64,000 bases of DNA from Octopus sinensis. Its lineage: Eukaryota. Numbering within the stretch: the first letter of the stretch is position 1; every line of letters begins with the position of its first letter. This document shows, one piece after another, positions 37,726-49,889 of this stretch. The notes under the pieces were generated by a model, which saw only the letters and a list, made by a program, of their open reading frames with translations, had not been told where the DNA came from and did not search any database. The stretch is from NCBI RefSeq assembly GCF_006345805.1, contig NC_043002.1, forward strand, positions 21,018,001 through 21,082,000, read 5' to 3'. Both the position numbers and the translations under genes were made by a program.

Positions 37726-38304
37726 ATCACAGCTCCCTTTGACAGGACAAAGAGATTTTCCTGCTTGGTCAGCAAATAGCAGGTGAATCTGGCAAGCAAG
37801 AATTCTTAGATGTCGTTTTGAATCTCTGTCAGGAAAACAGAATGCAGTTTCCACACCTATATGATGCTTTTGAATCCTAATACTACTCTGACTGGAAGAG
37901 ATTGAACCTGGTGGCAGGTGAGAAATAAGGAAAAATTGATATGCAACTTCATGGCTGTTATCTCAAAAACATCTCTTATTTTCTACATTTGTTATCTCTA
38001 CAGGATTCAAAACACACACATAAGGAAGCTTGCAAGCTTCAAATGCATCTTGCTCACACATTATGCAGATTTACTTGTACCTTTGTGCATTTATCTTGAA
38101 GACCCTATTTTCACTCTTGTGTAACCATTGTGTAGACCATCTCCCTAGTTTCACCTTTCAGATGTGTGCGCAGAATGGTTCTCTCAGTCCCTTGACCAAT
38201 CCAACATTTATATTACTATTCATTCCTATTAGAATATTTACATCAGCAACCAGTTTTCGTCACCTCTTATTCTGTTACGGTGTTTATCAATTGCTGTTTT
38301 CCAG

Positions 38305-38555
38305 GAATTGTAGCATCACCGGCAGAATTGCCATTTTTGGACATTGGCAGTGGCAGTGGTGGTCTCACCATCGTCAGCGTCGATGTCCCACCTGACTTGT
38401 TCAAAGAGATCGAGGCAAAAAAGATCACTTGTATACGACTCAACTTGCCATTCGGAGTGACCTGCTTAGTAGAGCAGCTACCACACTGCAATCTATTGAA
38501 TCTCTTCTCGCAAACGGCACGATCCGCTTTTCCTTTCCTTGATGGTGATATATAG
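38305..38555 (+). CDS. Candidate terminal coding exon, unknown product
   Basis: GTTTTCCAG acceptor; 83-codon open frame with coding-like codon pattern containing FLDIGSGSG. Confidence 0.4.
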
Positions 38556-39224
38556 CTATCTCTATACAACAGGTGTTGCTTTAGTAGCTTATGCTTCAAA
38601 GATTTTTATTAACCAATCAGAGACTAGGAATATATCAGCCAATTTGGCTACATAAACAGGAACTAAAATCAGTTCTCTCCCTTAGTTCTTCCACTCAGCA
38701 CTCTCCTGTTTGATTATCTGCACTTATTCTTTTCAGATGCAACAATCAACAGTAATTCTATTCCCTTTTAGTTAATCTCTACACGAGGAACATTGTAGCT
38801 AAATGAGACATTACATAGCTTTATCATCTTTTTGTGAAGCCACATGTGTTAATAACGCTACTTACACAAAATATCGAATTATCTAAGTGACTTGTGCAAA
38901 CACGAATATATGTTTACTTCTTTTTTCTACAAATACATTTATGTAGCCTAATTTCTATCAATGCATTCTGAAACGTGTTAAAAGTGACGACCTGGATCAC
39001 TGTGCAAACATATATATTATTTTTGACTGTGTACATTGCTGGCCATTTATAAATTTGTATTTCATTATTTTTGTAAGAACATGTGCTGTTTGAGTACTTT
39101 GAGATCTAGTCTCGTGCAAACCAGAAGGGTCTATGCTTTTGATGGCACATGGAAAACAAAGGGAAAACTGATGTATGTGATTCTGTTGTACTTTTATCCT
39201 AATCTATCTTTGAACTGTGCAATG

Positions 39225-39430
39225 CCATGTGGACTGATGATTAATATGTTGGGTTCACAATCATAAAATCATGGGTTTGATTCCTGAACTGAGTAATGTG
39301 TTGTCCTGAAGTCAGGTGCTGGTGTAACCCTCTCACCCTCTAGTGTCACAGCCTCAGTGTTCCTCTGGATCAAGAGTGGGAGGGCCGAGGTGGTGTCTGT
39401 GTCTGCTTACAACCATATAAGCACCTAAAA
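39225..39430 (+). mobile_element. SINE family C2
   Basis: Matches 4935-5197. Confidence 0.6.
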
Positions 39431-39571
39431 CAATTAATGAAAGCATGGTACATGTTAGCAAGCCATTCTTGTTTTCAAATGACAGTAATGGTTCATAGTG
39501 TTATTTTCTACAACATGGTTGGTTTTCAATCCTTCTTCAGCCCTGACTGAAAAGAATTATGATGTAACCAT

Positions 39572-39881
39572 CGGGGCTGTGGAGGCGGAGTCAGAGTCAT
39601 GGAGTTGGAGTCAGAAACAGTTAAGGGGTAGCTGGAGTCAGAGTCAGTAAAACTATACCGACTCTGATTCCAACTCACAATGTCTTTATTCTTTAATATA
39701 AACCAGGTATATCATATAGGCCTACTCAAAGTACTAGCATATGCATATGCTTTATGAGATATGTAGACCACAATCACTTGATTACATAAAGAGGAGTCGG
39801 AGTTGGAATCAGAGCCGGGGTGCTAATAGTACAGGAGTCAGAGTTGGAGTCAAAGTTTTTTGTTTTGACTCCACAGCCATG
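39572..39881. mobile_element. hAT-like MITE with GGAGTC(A/G)GAGT subterminal repeats
   Basis: TIR C(G/A)(G/T)GGCTGTGGAG; perfect 8-bp TSD GTAACCAT at 39564-39571 and 39882-39889. Confidence 0.85.
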
Positions 39882-40819
39882 GTAACCATTCTATGTATTT
39901 TTTTTTGTTTTGTGTCCAAGCACAGTGTATCTAAAATCCCATAATCCAGTGATAATGCATAATCTTTTAAAGATAGTAGGTGTGGCATGAAGGAATTTAG
40001 CTGCTATTTCAAACTGGTTGTACAACCAATGTAAAAACTCTGTCACTGGCTTACATTTGTGCATGACATTATGTTATATATGTACTGACTGTGTGTTGGT
40101 TCAATGTGACTGATATTTGTCTCTGTTGGATATTTTAATAAATAGGTTGGGAATGACAACAAATAAAAATAAGTTAATAAATAAATGGTGTCAGAGACAG
40201 AGAGTTTTTGTAGAATATATGTATGTGTGTATGTACGTATGTGCATGTGTGTGTATGTATGCATATATGTGTAGACATGTATGTGTGTGTGTGTCTGGTG
40301 AAATATGTATTTACTGATTGTCTGTGTGTGTGTGTAGAAAGCTAGATAAACTTGCATTGAGATAGAGAAAGAATGTGTGGCAAAAGAAAGATTTACTGGG
40401 AGTAGGCATTTTGACTAGGGACGACAGAATAAATTTGAAAGATACTGGAGGGGAAAACAACTGGAGGGGAAGAAGAAAATGGAAAGAATGAGGAGAGTAA
40501 CAGATAAAAACTTACTTAGAGAATAGCATATATAGAGAGAAATAGAGGAAAAAATACAGAAAGTGTAAGAGAAAGAAAGGGAGAGAGAGAGTTAAATAGA
40601 AAGAAAAATATATGGAGCCTGAGAGAGGGAGAGAAAGAGGCAAAAAATGAAAGCAAAAATGAAAAAAATGTACAATACAGAGAAAAGACCTAGACATAAA
40701 ATGCAGAGGAGGAAGTGAAAGAGAGAGAGAGTGACAGGTACAAACTGAAAGAGAGGAAGTGAAAGGCAGAAAATAAAAGACTTCAAGATACAAAAGGAAG
40801 AAAAAAAAGTATACAATCT

Positions 40820-41245
40820 CAGACACATACTTTCTCTGTCTCTGTCTCTGTCTGTCTGCCTCTCTCTCTCTCTCTCTCTCTGTCTTGGTCTCTCTGAATG
40901 TCTCTCTCTGTCTCTGTTTGTCTATCTCTCTCTTTCTCTCTACCTCCATCTGTCTCTCACTATCTCTCTCTCTCTGTGTTTCCATTTTCTCTTTCTTTCT
41001 CTCTTTCCAGCTCTCTCTCTCTCTTTTTCCAACTCTCTCTTTCTCCCTGTCTCTCTCTCTCCATCTCTGCCTTCCTGCCTGTCAACCTGCCCACCTGTTT
41101 GTCTGTCTGTCTGTCTCTGGCTGTCTGTCTGTCTGTCTCTATCTGTCTATCTCTGGCTGTCTCTCCCTCTCCCTCTCCCTCTCCCCTCACCCCTCTCCCT
41201 TTCTCCCCCCCCTCTCTCTTTCTCCCCCCCCCTCTCTGCCTCTCT
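40820..41245. repeat. CT-rich polypyrimidine low-complexity tract
   Basis: Direct reading; preceded by a GA-rich tract 40520-40800. Confidence 0.9.
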
Positions 41246-41759
41246 GATATACACTTATATAATAATACAATTACACCATATTGTATATTCAGAAGTTTAA
41301 AACGGACATCAGTGTTGAAAAAAAACCCAAATAAAAACAAGCAAACTCACAACAGATGCCAAAAAGAAAGGAATCAGAGTTTGTGCGACAGTTCAAATAC
41401 TCATGGAGAGAGGTTAATTGCTTATGATATCCTTACATAAGCTACACAATCAATGACTGCATTAAGTACATCCATGTTAATGTAGGAAGTTAGAAACATC
41501 ACTTTGAAGAACATGATCAGGCTCTTGCATGTATGTATGGGTTCTCACATTCTTCCTGCATGTTAGATGTGGACCTACACTGCGAAAATACAGAGAAAGG
41601 TATAGGCATAGGAACTGATAAGCAGCCACAATGTTTTAGGCATCTTGTACTTGGAGTGTATCACAAATAAGCAGGATTACTAAACCTCAGAAATGTGGAG
41701 ACCTTTGTATAACAATAAAGGAAATGAAGCTGAGATGGTATGACCAAGTAAGAAGATCC

Positions 41760-42585
41760 CCCAAGTGTCACCTGTGCCTGGAACCGGGCCACATTAAGAA
41801 AAACTGTCCCCAGGACCAAGGTAAGGTCTTGGAGCAGTTAATAGAAGCAGTGTCCCCACCCCCCGCTCCCCCATTGGAGAGAGATTGAGGCAGTTGAGGA
41901 GGTGGAGACCTTCTCAAAAAAGGAAAGAAAAGAAAGAAGGTCAGCAACAATGGTTGCCCACCGAACGACCCTAAGGCTGCAGGAGGAGAGGAAGATCATT
42001 TGGATAAAGCGGAGGTACCACACCCTCCTGTAGCAAAGGGGAGAAAAAGAAAAAAGAAAAAGAACAGGACATTGCCGGCAGTTGATGGTACACTGCTGGC
42101 ATGCCCTGAAACTTTGTTGGTGGGAAGTGTGCCACTGACAGAGGAAACTGTGGACCCTCCCAGCACGGAGAGAGATGATTTTGTTATCTTCTTCCATAAA
42201 GGAGGGGCAATACAGAGCTTCTTAAGGAAGCTAGAGGGCCGGAGGGAGGAGCCCATGCCCTGGACTGAAGACCTGGATTAGCCTCCGCATGTGACTACGG
42301 AGGTCAGATCGGAAGTCGATATGTTCAGGGTGATTGACTCCTTCCCGAAGGACAAGTTTAGGTTCGCCTTCTGGGACCCCGACCTGGAGCTGGAGCAATG
42401 CCTATGGGAGGCATACGGCCTGGTCGGGGAGGAAAGATAAAGAGGCTTTAGTGCCTGAATGGTTATTGTATGTAAGAGGCACAGTGCCTCAATTTGTAAT
42501 GGACTATTAATTGTAAGAACTGAAGTAAGAGGTTTAATACCTCATTTTGTTTTTTTGTTTTTTTTTTCTTATGAAAAAAAAAGAA
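41760..42585 (+). mobile_element. Tx1/L1-like ORF1 (gag-like) relic with zinc knuckle
   Basis: CHLCLEPGHIKKNC (CX2CX4HX4C), basic low-complexity linker, frameshifts, stop near 42440, A run at 42575. Confidence 0.6.
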
Positions 42586-42773
42586 TAATGTTTTAGAGAA
42601 GCAAAAAATCAATGGGCATTTTTTGTCTTCTCCCATCAATATCACTCTTTTTCATCATTCATCTCATCAATGTTTTTGTCCATCCCACAAGCTGCTTTGT
42701 GTCATGCTTTTATGGCAAAATTTTGAAATAAAGTAAGAAGATCAGTAGGTTTTGCAAAGACCATTTTTTCCAG

Positions 42774-42820
42774 GAATCATAGAGAGGTAAGAAATGAGAG
42801 GCAGTCAAAGGAGTCAACTG
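42774..42820 (+). CDS. Candidate short exon (alternative donors at 42786 and 42820)
   Basis: TTTTTTCCAG acceptor; GTAAGA and GTAAGT donors. Confidence 0.35.
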
Positions 42821-43039
42821 GTAAGTCATTACTAGACTCACAACTTCTGGCAACGGAAGTCTAGTGCAATGCATTTCACAATGTTATCTCAATGAGTTTA
42901 TCAGGTGTTGAGGGCTGAAGCAAGCAAACAAAAATTATGCATTTTCTCTCTCCCCACTTTTTAGCTCTTTCTTTCTCTCTCTCTCCACACTCACAGATAC
43001 TCTCTCTCTCATATGTACATACATACGTTTACTGATATA

Positions 43040-43213
43040 CTATATTCGATGGCATAAAATAACACACAGGTATATTAGGTGCACTCTAATTTCAGTAGTG
43101 CATATTAAAAAAAAAATTTAATGCATTAAAGTATGTAATAGAGGTTTAAATTTTCATGTCAGACCTGGGGGGATTTTTGGAGAAAAGTGTGTCTTATATG
43201 CCATCAAATAAGG
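43040..43213. mobile_element. pogo-like MITE, degenerate
   Basis: TA-flanked imperfect TIR containing GATGGCATA. Confidence 0.55.
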
Positions 43214-43462
43214 TACATACATTGTGGTCCCTTCACTAAAGGTTCACTACCAGGTTTGAGGAATCCCCCTTTTCACAACAGCTCAACTATTGTATTTCTA
43301 TTTCTATGGTATTTTCTATTGCTATCACTAAGAAAGCCTCAGCATTTACTGTTTACTTCACATCAAGTTCCATACTGTAACACACTAGATAAATCACCTC
43401 ACCATTATGCACAAACACACACACACACACATATGCACACACACGCATGCACACACACACAC

Positions 43463-43502
<40 letters not shown>

Positions 43503-43809
43503 TGCCAAATGTCATTTCAACCTGACAAGGCCACCAGTACTGATGATGTTCCTTTCATTACTCCCAAACAATACACCCTGAAATAGCTCCTCTCTGCACC
43601 AAATTCTTCAATCTCTCTCTCACTCTCTCTATGTCTCCCTCTCTCTTTCTCCCTTTTTCTCTCTGTCTTTTTATCTCTTTATCCCACCCTCTTTCTCCAA
43701 AGATATATCCTAATCTTTGAAACATGCTATAGTATGCTCCATGCTCAAGAAGAGCAATTCTAACTCTGACCTGGTCAACCATCATACTACTACACTCATT
43801 TCCAATATT

Positions 43810-43976
43810 TAACCCTTTAGCATTAAAACTGGCGGCCATATCCAACCCAATTATTCCACCTGTTTTATGTTAAAGCTGACCAGATCCAACCTCTCACACC
43901 TACCCTACAATGTCATTCTAAAAATACACAAACACACCATCAAAATCTTTAAGCACAATTAATTCAAAACAACGTG
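43810..43976. mobile_element. TTAA-CCCTTTAGCATT-terminated MITE fragment (piggyBac-like end)
   Basis: TTAA followed by CCC; truncated by the HINE-like element. Confidence 0.45.
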
Positions 43977-44284
43977 AACAAGACCGCTCAGAGAGCACAA
44001 ACCTCTGCCAAGGCAACACCAATATTCTCTCAACAATTAGCCAGAGATGATTTTTAAAATGAGAATATCTGAATTAAACTTGACTGCTTTCACAAACGAG
44101 AATACTAAAATGGACCTGACTGCTCTCAAAAATTAAGTAAAAAAAAAAATTAAAAAAAAAATAATCCTGAATCTTAGTCTGGTACCAGATCGATCCCAAA
44201 CCCCTAATCAGTTCGTGCTAGTCATGAGGCAAGACATCCCTGAAAGTTTCATCTGAATCCATCCAGAGGTTCTTGAGATATCCT
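43977..44284 (-). mobile_element. HINE-like element, copy 2
   Basis: About 300 bp match to 4459-4760. Confidence 0.75.
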
Positions 44285-44334
44285 TCCTAATACCCACCAC
44301 TTTACAGAGTGTACTGGGTGCTTTTTAGGCAGAA

Positions 44335-44725
44335 CCAGTACCGATGCTTTTTATGTGGAACCAGCACCAGTGCATTTTACATGGCACCAGCACTAGAGCA
44401 CTGATGCTTTCTATGTGACACCAGTACCCGTACTTTTTATGTGACACCGTCACCAGTGTCTTTTATGTGACACCAGTACCAGTGCTTTTTATGTGGCACC
44501 ATCACCAATGCTTTTTACATGGCACCAGCACTGATGCCTTTTATGTGGCACCAACACCTGTGCCTTTTATATGGAACCAGCACCAGTGCTTTTTATGTGG
44601 AATCATCACTGATGCTTTTATGCAGCACCAGCGCCAGTGCCTTTTGTGTGGCACCATCACTGATGCCTTTTATGTGTCACCAGCACCAGTGCCTTTTATG
44701 TGGCACTAGCACCTGTGCCTTTTAC
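44335..44725. repeat. ~20-bp minisatellite (GCACCAGTGCTTTTTATGTG-like) derived from family D UTR
   Basis: Roughly 18 degenerate units; a similar array on the opposite strand at 49420-49570. Confidence 0.85.
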
Positions 44726-45089
44726 CAAGATTTGAACAAAACGTCATGTAATATTTTGTTTGCTTTATATTCTGAGTTCAAATCCTAGTAAAGTCAACTT
44801 TATTTTTGATCCCTTCATGGTTGGAGTGAGGCCAAGAAATAAATAAAAAAAAGAATATGAATATATCATGTATTGGAGTCTGATTAAATTAACTACACTC
44901 CCCTGCCACCACCACTTTTCCCTGTTCCTGACAAATATGTGACCTTGTGACTGTATAGAAGATCATCATTAATACTAATACCCCCCCCACATACCACCAC
45001 CCTCAATGCCAATGATTTTGATTTATTATCTTATTATTCTATTATCATGTCCTCCTCATTACCATCAAAATCATCATTTTCCTCTTTCT

Positions 45090-45094
45090 CCTCC

Positions 45095-45152
<58 letters not shown>

Positions 45153-45480
45153 TACCCCCTTCACCACCACCTTCACTGCTACTATCACTATCACCACCAC
45201 CGCCGTCCTCTGCCACTATCTCCACCGCCACCACCACCTCCATCACTAGCTCCGCCTCCACCACCACCACACCACCACCACCACCACCACCACCACCACC
45301 ACTACCACCACCACCACCACCACCACCACCATCATCACTACCACTGACATCACCATCATTATCGTCATTGTTATCATCGTCATCGCCGTCATCGTGGTGA
45401 TGGTGATGGTCATCAATATCATCATAATCACCACCACCACCACCGCTGCTGCCGTCACCATCACATCACCATCATCAACG
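45090..45480. repeat. CAT/CAC trinucleotide block
   Basis: Direct reading; (CTA)n block follows at 45640-45860. Confidence 0.95.
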
Positions 45481-45722
45481 TTGTATTGTCCTTCCTTATC
45501 TAATTCGCTTCATTCTGGATGGCTGTCTCCATGACGATCCATCGCGTTTGATTTGGTTTGTCCCGTATCAGTTAAGTCTATCTCTTTCACCTTATTAACA
45601 CTTAGATATCTGTTTTCCTACTGACTACATAATTATCTGCTGCTGCTGCTGCTACTACTACTACTACTACTACTACTAGTACTACAAATACTATTGCTAC
45701 TACTACTACTACTACTACTACC

Positions 45723-45757
<35 letters not shown>

Positions 45758-45808
45758 CGCCACCACCACTACTGCTGCTACTACTGTGCTAAGGCTACTG
45801 CAAATATG

Positions 45809-45855
<47 letters not shown>

Positions 45856-45977
45856 GATAACTAACAATAGTACAAGGCTGTCTGCCACCACAACCACCAT
45901 GATCATCACTGTAGCCTCCACCACCACCACCAATACCACCATCAGTACCATTTCTTTTCCCTTCTCTTCTTTCACAG

Positions 45978-46038
45978 TCTAATTGTAAAGACAACAATCA
46001 GATTAAAACACCTGAAAAACTTGTAAAAGTGTGCACAG
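45978..46038 (+). CDS. Candidate 61-nt exon
   Basis: Strong polypyrimidine TTTCACAG acceptor, CAG|GTGAGT donor, one open frame SNCKDNNQIKTPEKLVKVCT. Confidence 0.55.
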
Positions 46039-46313
46039 GTGAGTAACTCTCAATGCTGCCCCTCATTCTCTTTCTCACTCCTACTCTCATTTTGCGTCAC
46101 CCTAGCTAAGTGTCTTTCTCTTCTCCTCTCTCTCTCGCATTCTGACACTCTTATCTTATAGTTTCTCCTTCTCCCTATGTTATACTCTGGCTTTCCTCCC
46201 ACTCTCTCTCCCACTCTTTCCAGCACTTTTGATACCACTTTTTTTTTTTCGCTGTTCACTTGTTTACTACTTGTGTATATGCGTATGCACATACACTTAT
46301 ATATATATATAAT

Positions 46314-46704
46314 AGGCACAGGAGTGGCTGTGTGGTAAGTAGCTTGCTTCCCAACCACATGGTTTCAGGTTCACTCCTACTGCATGGCACCTTGGGCAAG
46401 TGTCTTCTACTATAGCTTCGGGCCAACCAAAGCCTTGTCAGTGGATTTGGCAGATGGAAACTGAAAGAAACCCATTGTGTATATATATATGTTTGTGCTT
46501 GTGTCTGTGTTTGTCCCCTCACCATTGCTTTGACAACTGATGATGGTGTGTTTAAATTTCTGTAACTTAGCAGTTCAGCAAAAGTTACTGATAGAATAAG
46601 TACTAGTACTAGACTTACAAAGAATAAGTCCTAGGGTTAATTTGTTCGACTAAGGGCAGTGCTCCAGCATGGCTGCAGTCAAATGACTGAAACAAATAAA
46701 AGAG
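46314..46704 (+). mobile_element. SINE family A, full length
   Basis: All family A blocks. Confidence 0.9.
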
Positions 46705-47574
46705 TATATATATGTAGATATGTAGATATGTGTGTGTGTATATATATATATATAATTTAATTTTTTATTTCGTTTTGTGGTGTTATCCTAGATTCACCGT
46801 CTTTGTCGGTGATCAATCCGTATTTCTTCCATTTAAATTTCAATGAGTTCACACCCACCGACGGCTGCAGCGAAATTCATTTTTGGACTTTCTTCTATTG
46901 AAGGCATTCTAACAAAAATGCTTCCATGTAAACGGTGAAAATATTGTCAATTTCCCCAAATAGGGACACAATTCAATTTTTAAACATTAACCAAAGCTCC
47001 TTCTCCCAAAGGGGGAGGGTTACAGTTTACAATTATTTAATAAATGCAACGCAACAATGTTTCCTTTACGAGGAACCAACAAACGTGATAACAATAGTTA
47101 AACAGTAATAATAATTACTTACGACAAACCTTACGATGAGTCAGAAAGCAGTAAGCAGTTGAAGCTTTAGTCCTTTATGTATAAGAAATAAACCAACAGG
47201 AGCGGCTGTTCAAGAAAACAGATATTACATACAGCCAAACTTCATATAGATACTTAATGCTAGCTAATTAGCAGATAATTTAATGTAAAAGCACAGATTC
47301 ATCTGGACTATTCCATTTCTGCATGCTAATTTTATTTTTAATTTATTCCCATTCATGTTCAAGTTCAAGTCATTGATGCAATTTTATACCAATTGCTATT
47401 TTTACTTTTGTTATGTTACAATTATATTATACTTTAGTTTGATTTTAATTATTACTTACTACATATAATTCAATTGTTATTATTATTTTTATTGTTAAAG
47501 TGAAAGTATCTGACATAAAATAGAGAAATGTTTTTGCTTCACTTTTAACACGTAATACTGAAATAGTGGAGAAG

Positions 47575-47767
47575 ATATGATATTGCTATGGGCTCGCTCT
47601 AGGCAAGAAGTTGAACATTTTTTTTGCCCATGAAACTACATGGACCCTAAGTACGGCATGTGTAAAATTTGAATGAAATTGGTTGTGTAGTTCTCAAGTT
47701 TTAGGGAAACACACAGACAGACAGGCAGACAGACAGACACACATTCTCAGTTTTATATATATAGAGA
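47575..47767 (-). mobile_element. Helitron-like 5' portion
   Basis: Minus strand ATCTCTATATATATAAAACTGAGAATGTGTGTCTGTCTG...CCAATTTCATTCAAATTT. Confidence 0.6.
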
Positions 47768-47856
47768 TTACGTATTTTTATATATATATGTTTAAATTTC
47801 CTTACAAGATTATATACGTATATTCATTTATTTAATTATTTTATTGTTTTTATTTT

Positions 47857-47939
47857 GGACCTGAAGAGTGACTATATTTAAACTGAATTGATTTTACTGT
47901 TATCAGTTTGTAAACATAGCCACGAAACACATCTAGTCT
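47857..47939 (+). ncRNA. Hammerhead-like motif with long helix II in a PLE-like fragment
   Basis: GGAC-CTGAAGA-GTGACTAT...ATAGCCAC-GAAA-CACATC-TA-GTCT. Confidence 0.5.
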
Positions 47940-48123
47940 TTTTACCAATTATATACTTTTATTTATTATTTTGTATTTTACTTAATTATTGGTATATGTT
48001 TTATCATATATTTAATTTTTTTCTATATGGTATAATTTAATTATATCATTGTTATTTCATTGTTGAATTGATAAAAGGTGGTTCTTCTCTAATTTATTTA
48101 TGTATATATATATATATATATAT

Positions 48124-48427
48124 ATCTTATAATTAAGGGCTAAAGAAGGTTATTCTAAAGCCAATACACTGATTTATCCACTTATAATCCACTTGTTACA
48201 GGAAAATTGAACTGAAAGCGGGCAACTAACCTTTAGAAAATTTAAATTTCGTTATCTCTATATTGAATCAATTCTGAAATTGATTCAATATAGAGATAAC
48301 GAAATTTAAATTTTCTAAAGGTTAGTTGCCCGCTTTCAGTTCAATTTTCCTGTAACAAGTGGATTATAAGTGGATAAATCAGTGTATTGGCTTTAGAATA
48401 ACCTTCTTTAGCCCTTAATTATAAGAT
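48124..48427. repeat. Perfect 304-bp palindrome (150-bp arms, 4-nt loop) between (TA)n runs
   Basis: 48124-48273 is the exact reverse complement of 48278-48427; loop CTGA. Confidence 0.97.
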
Positions 48428-48522
48428 GTTTATACTTCAACCGTAAAGGTTTTTTAATATACTGCCACGCTTTTTGATGGAATCCTTTTCTGTAGAGAAA
48501 GGGACTTCATCCTATATTGTTA

Positions 48523-48587
<65 letters not shown>

Positions 48588-48950
48588 GTGTCATATAAAC
48601 AATCTTATTGTACAGTCCTCCTCTGTCATCACCACCAAATTTGACTAACCACTCTTTGATCCAATGAAAGGAACCTTTATGTGGTCACTGGACCAGCTAA
48701 AAATAAAGGCCAGATTTCCATCAAATCACACCTTGCTGTCTACATTCTTAAAGAACACATTGATTTGAACAATTTCATGTAATGTCTCATAAAATGACAG
48801 GGTGCATGGTTGGAAACCTTCCATCATCGATCTACATGATGGAAGGTGACCTTGGGGCTAAACACTATCACTAACAACAACACTAGCTTTCTTCAACCTG
48901 TTTCTTAAACTTATTGTTTATTTCCTAATCATTAATGTTTATTCTTTCAG

Positions 48951-49040
48951 GAATCACAGCAGGGCCCTGTAAGACTGCCAGTACCAAAGGTTGTGTACAA
49001 CTATAAACTGTCACATCCAAATAGCAGTTACTTGCCTTTG
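48951..49040 (+). CDS. Candidate 90-nt exon
   Basis: TTTATTCTTTCAG acceptor, TTG|GTATGT donor; phase-0 frame open (ESQQGPVRLPVPKVVYNYKLSHPNSSYLPL); phase-1 frame gives GITAGPCKTASTKGCVQL*. Confidence 0.55.
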
Positions 49041-49155
49041 GTATGTATTTCTTTCTTTAGAATTCTTTAGCTTTGATTGTTGTTCTTTTTGAAGCTAGTT
49101 ACCTAATCTAATATCTGACAAAAATACCGAGTGGATAGAGATGTATGTACATAGG

Positions 49156-49312
49156 CACTAGCATAGTTAGAAGATACAGTAGGAGTAGTCTGCCCTGGGC
49201 AGCACTTTTAAAGGGACAGCAGTTTTGGGTCAGCTGTTGGCAATATGTGTTTTTGTTGTGGTAGCCAATGGAAGGGCCACCTCAGGCAGCACACACTCTA
49301 GCTATGCTAGTG
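49156..49312. mobile_element. hAT-like MITE, copy 2
   Basis: Same TIR as 28824-28991; perfect TSD TACATAGG. Confidence 0.85.
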
Positions 49313-49399
49313 TACATAGGTACATACATACATTCACACTCATACATTCATATATATACACATATACATATTGACATACTCAGCTGGGAGGTCCTTCCT

Positions 49400-49705
49400 T
49401 AGAAGGCACATGGATGCTGGTGTCACGTAAAAGCACTCATGCTGGTGTCACATAAAAGTGCCCATGCTAATGTCACATAAAAGTGCCTGTACTAGTGCCA
49501 CATAGAAGCTCCTATGCTAGTACTGCATTAATGCACTTGTACTAGTGCCACATAAAAATGCCAGTGCTGGTACCACAGAAAAACCACCCAGTACATTCTG
49601 TGAGGTGGTTGGTGTTAAGAAGTGCATCCAGCCATGGAAACAGCCACGATCAGTTGGTGCTTTTTACGTGCCACCAGCACAGAAGCCAGTCAAGGTAGCG
49701 CTGGC
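49400..49705 (+). mobile_element. Family D UTR fragment with local tandem amplification
   Basis: GCTGGTGTCACATAAAAG-type units, then GGTTGGTGTTAAGAAGTGCATCCAGC. Confidence 0.65.
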
Positions 49706-49889
49706 ATCATATATATATTTATAATAAATGAAAAGTGCTCCAGGAATCCAAGCAGCTCCCTCAGTCAGCACTCCTGCAAATGCCTGCTAAAAGAATGTAT
49801 AGGAAAGAACAATGCTTCCCTAGATGTATGTGTTTCACACCAATTCAAAATCACTGAAGTTTCCTTCAGTCACAGATTAAACGGGTCAT

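Noticed and set aside
37833-37917. Exon-like segment with CAG|GTGAGA donor as coding exon
   Set aside because: Stop codons in all three frames; at most UTR or non-coding
38267-38599. Minus-strand 110-aa ORF
   Set aside because: Out of phase with the codon pattern, which favours the plus frame; no recognisable motif
44335-44725. Short repeats as a CRISPR array
   Set aside because: Head-to-tail degenerate units with no unique spacers, eukaryotic context, traceable to a LINE UTR
46790-46825. TCACCG/CGGTGA hairpin plus CTAG as a Helitron 3' end for a 1-kb element
   Set aside because: CTAG too close to the hairpin and not followed by T; no second copy to confirm
48816-48847. Perfect 12-bp stem hairpin
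   Set aside because: Lies within an old SINE-like tail; too short to interpret
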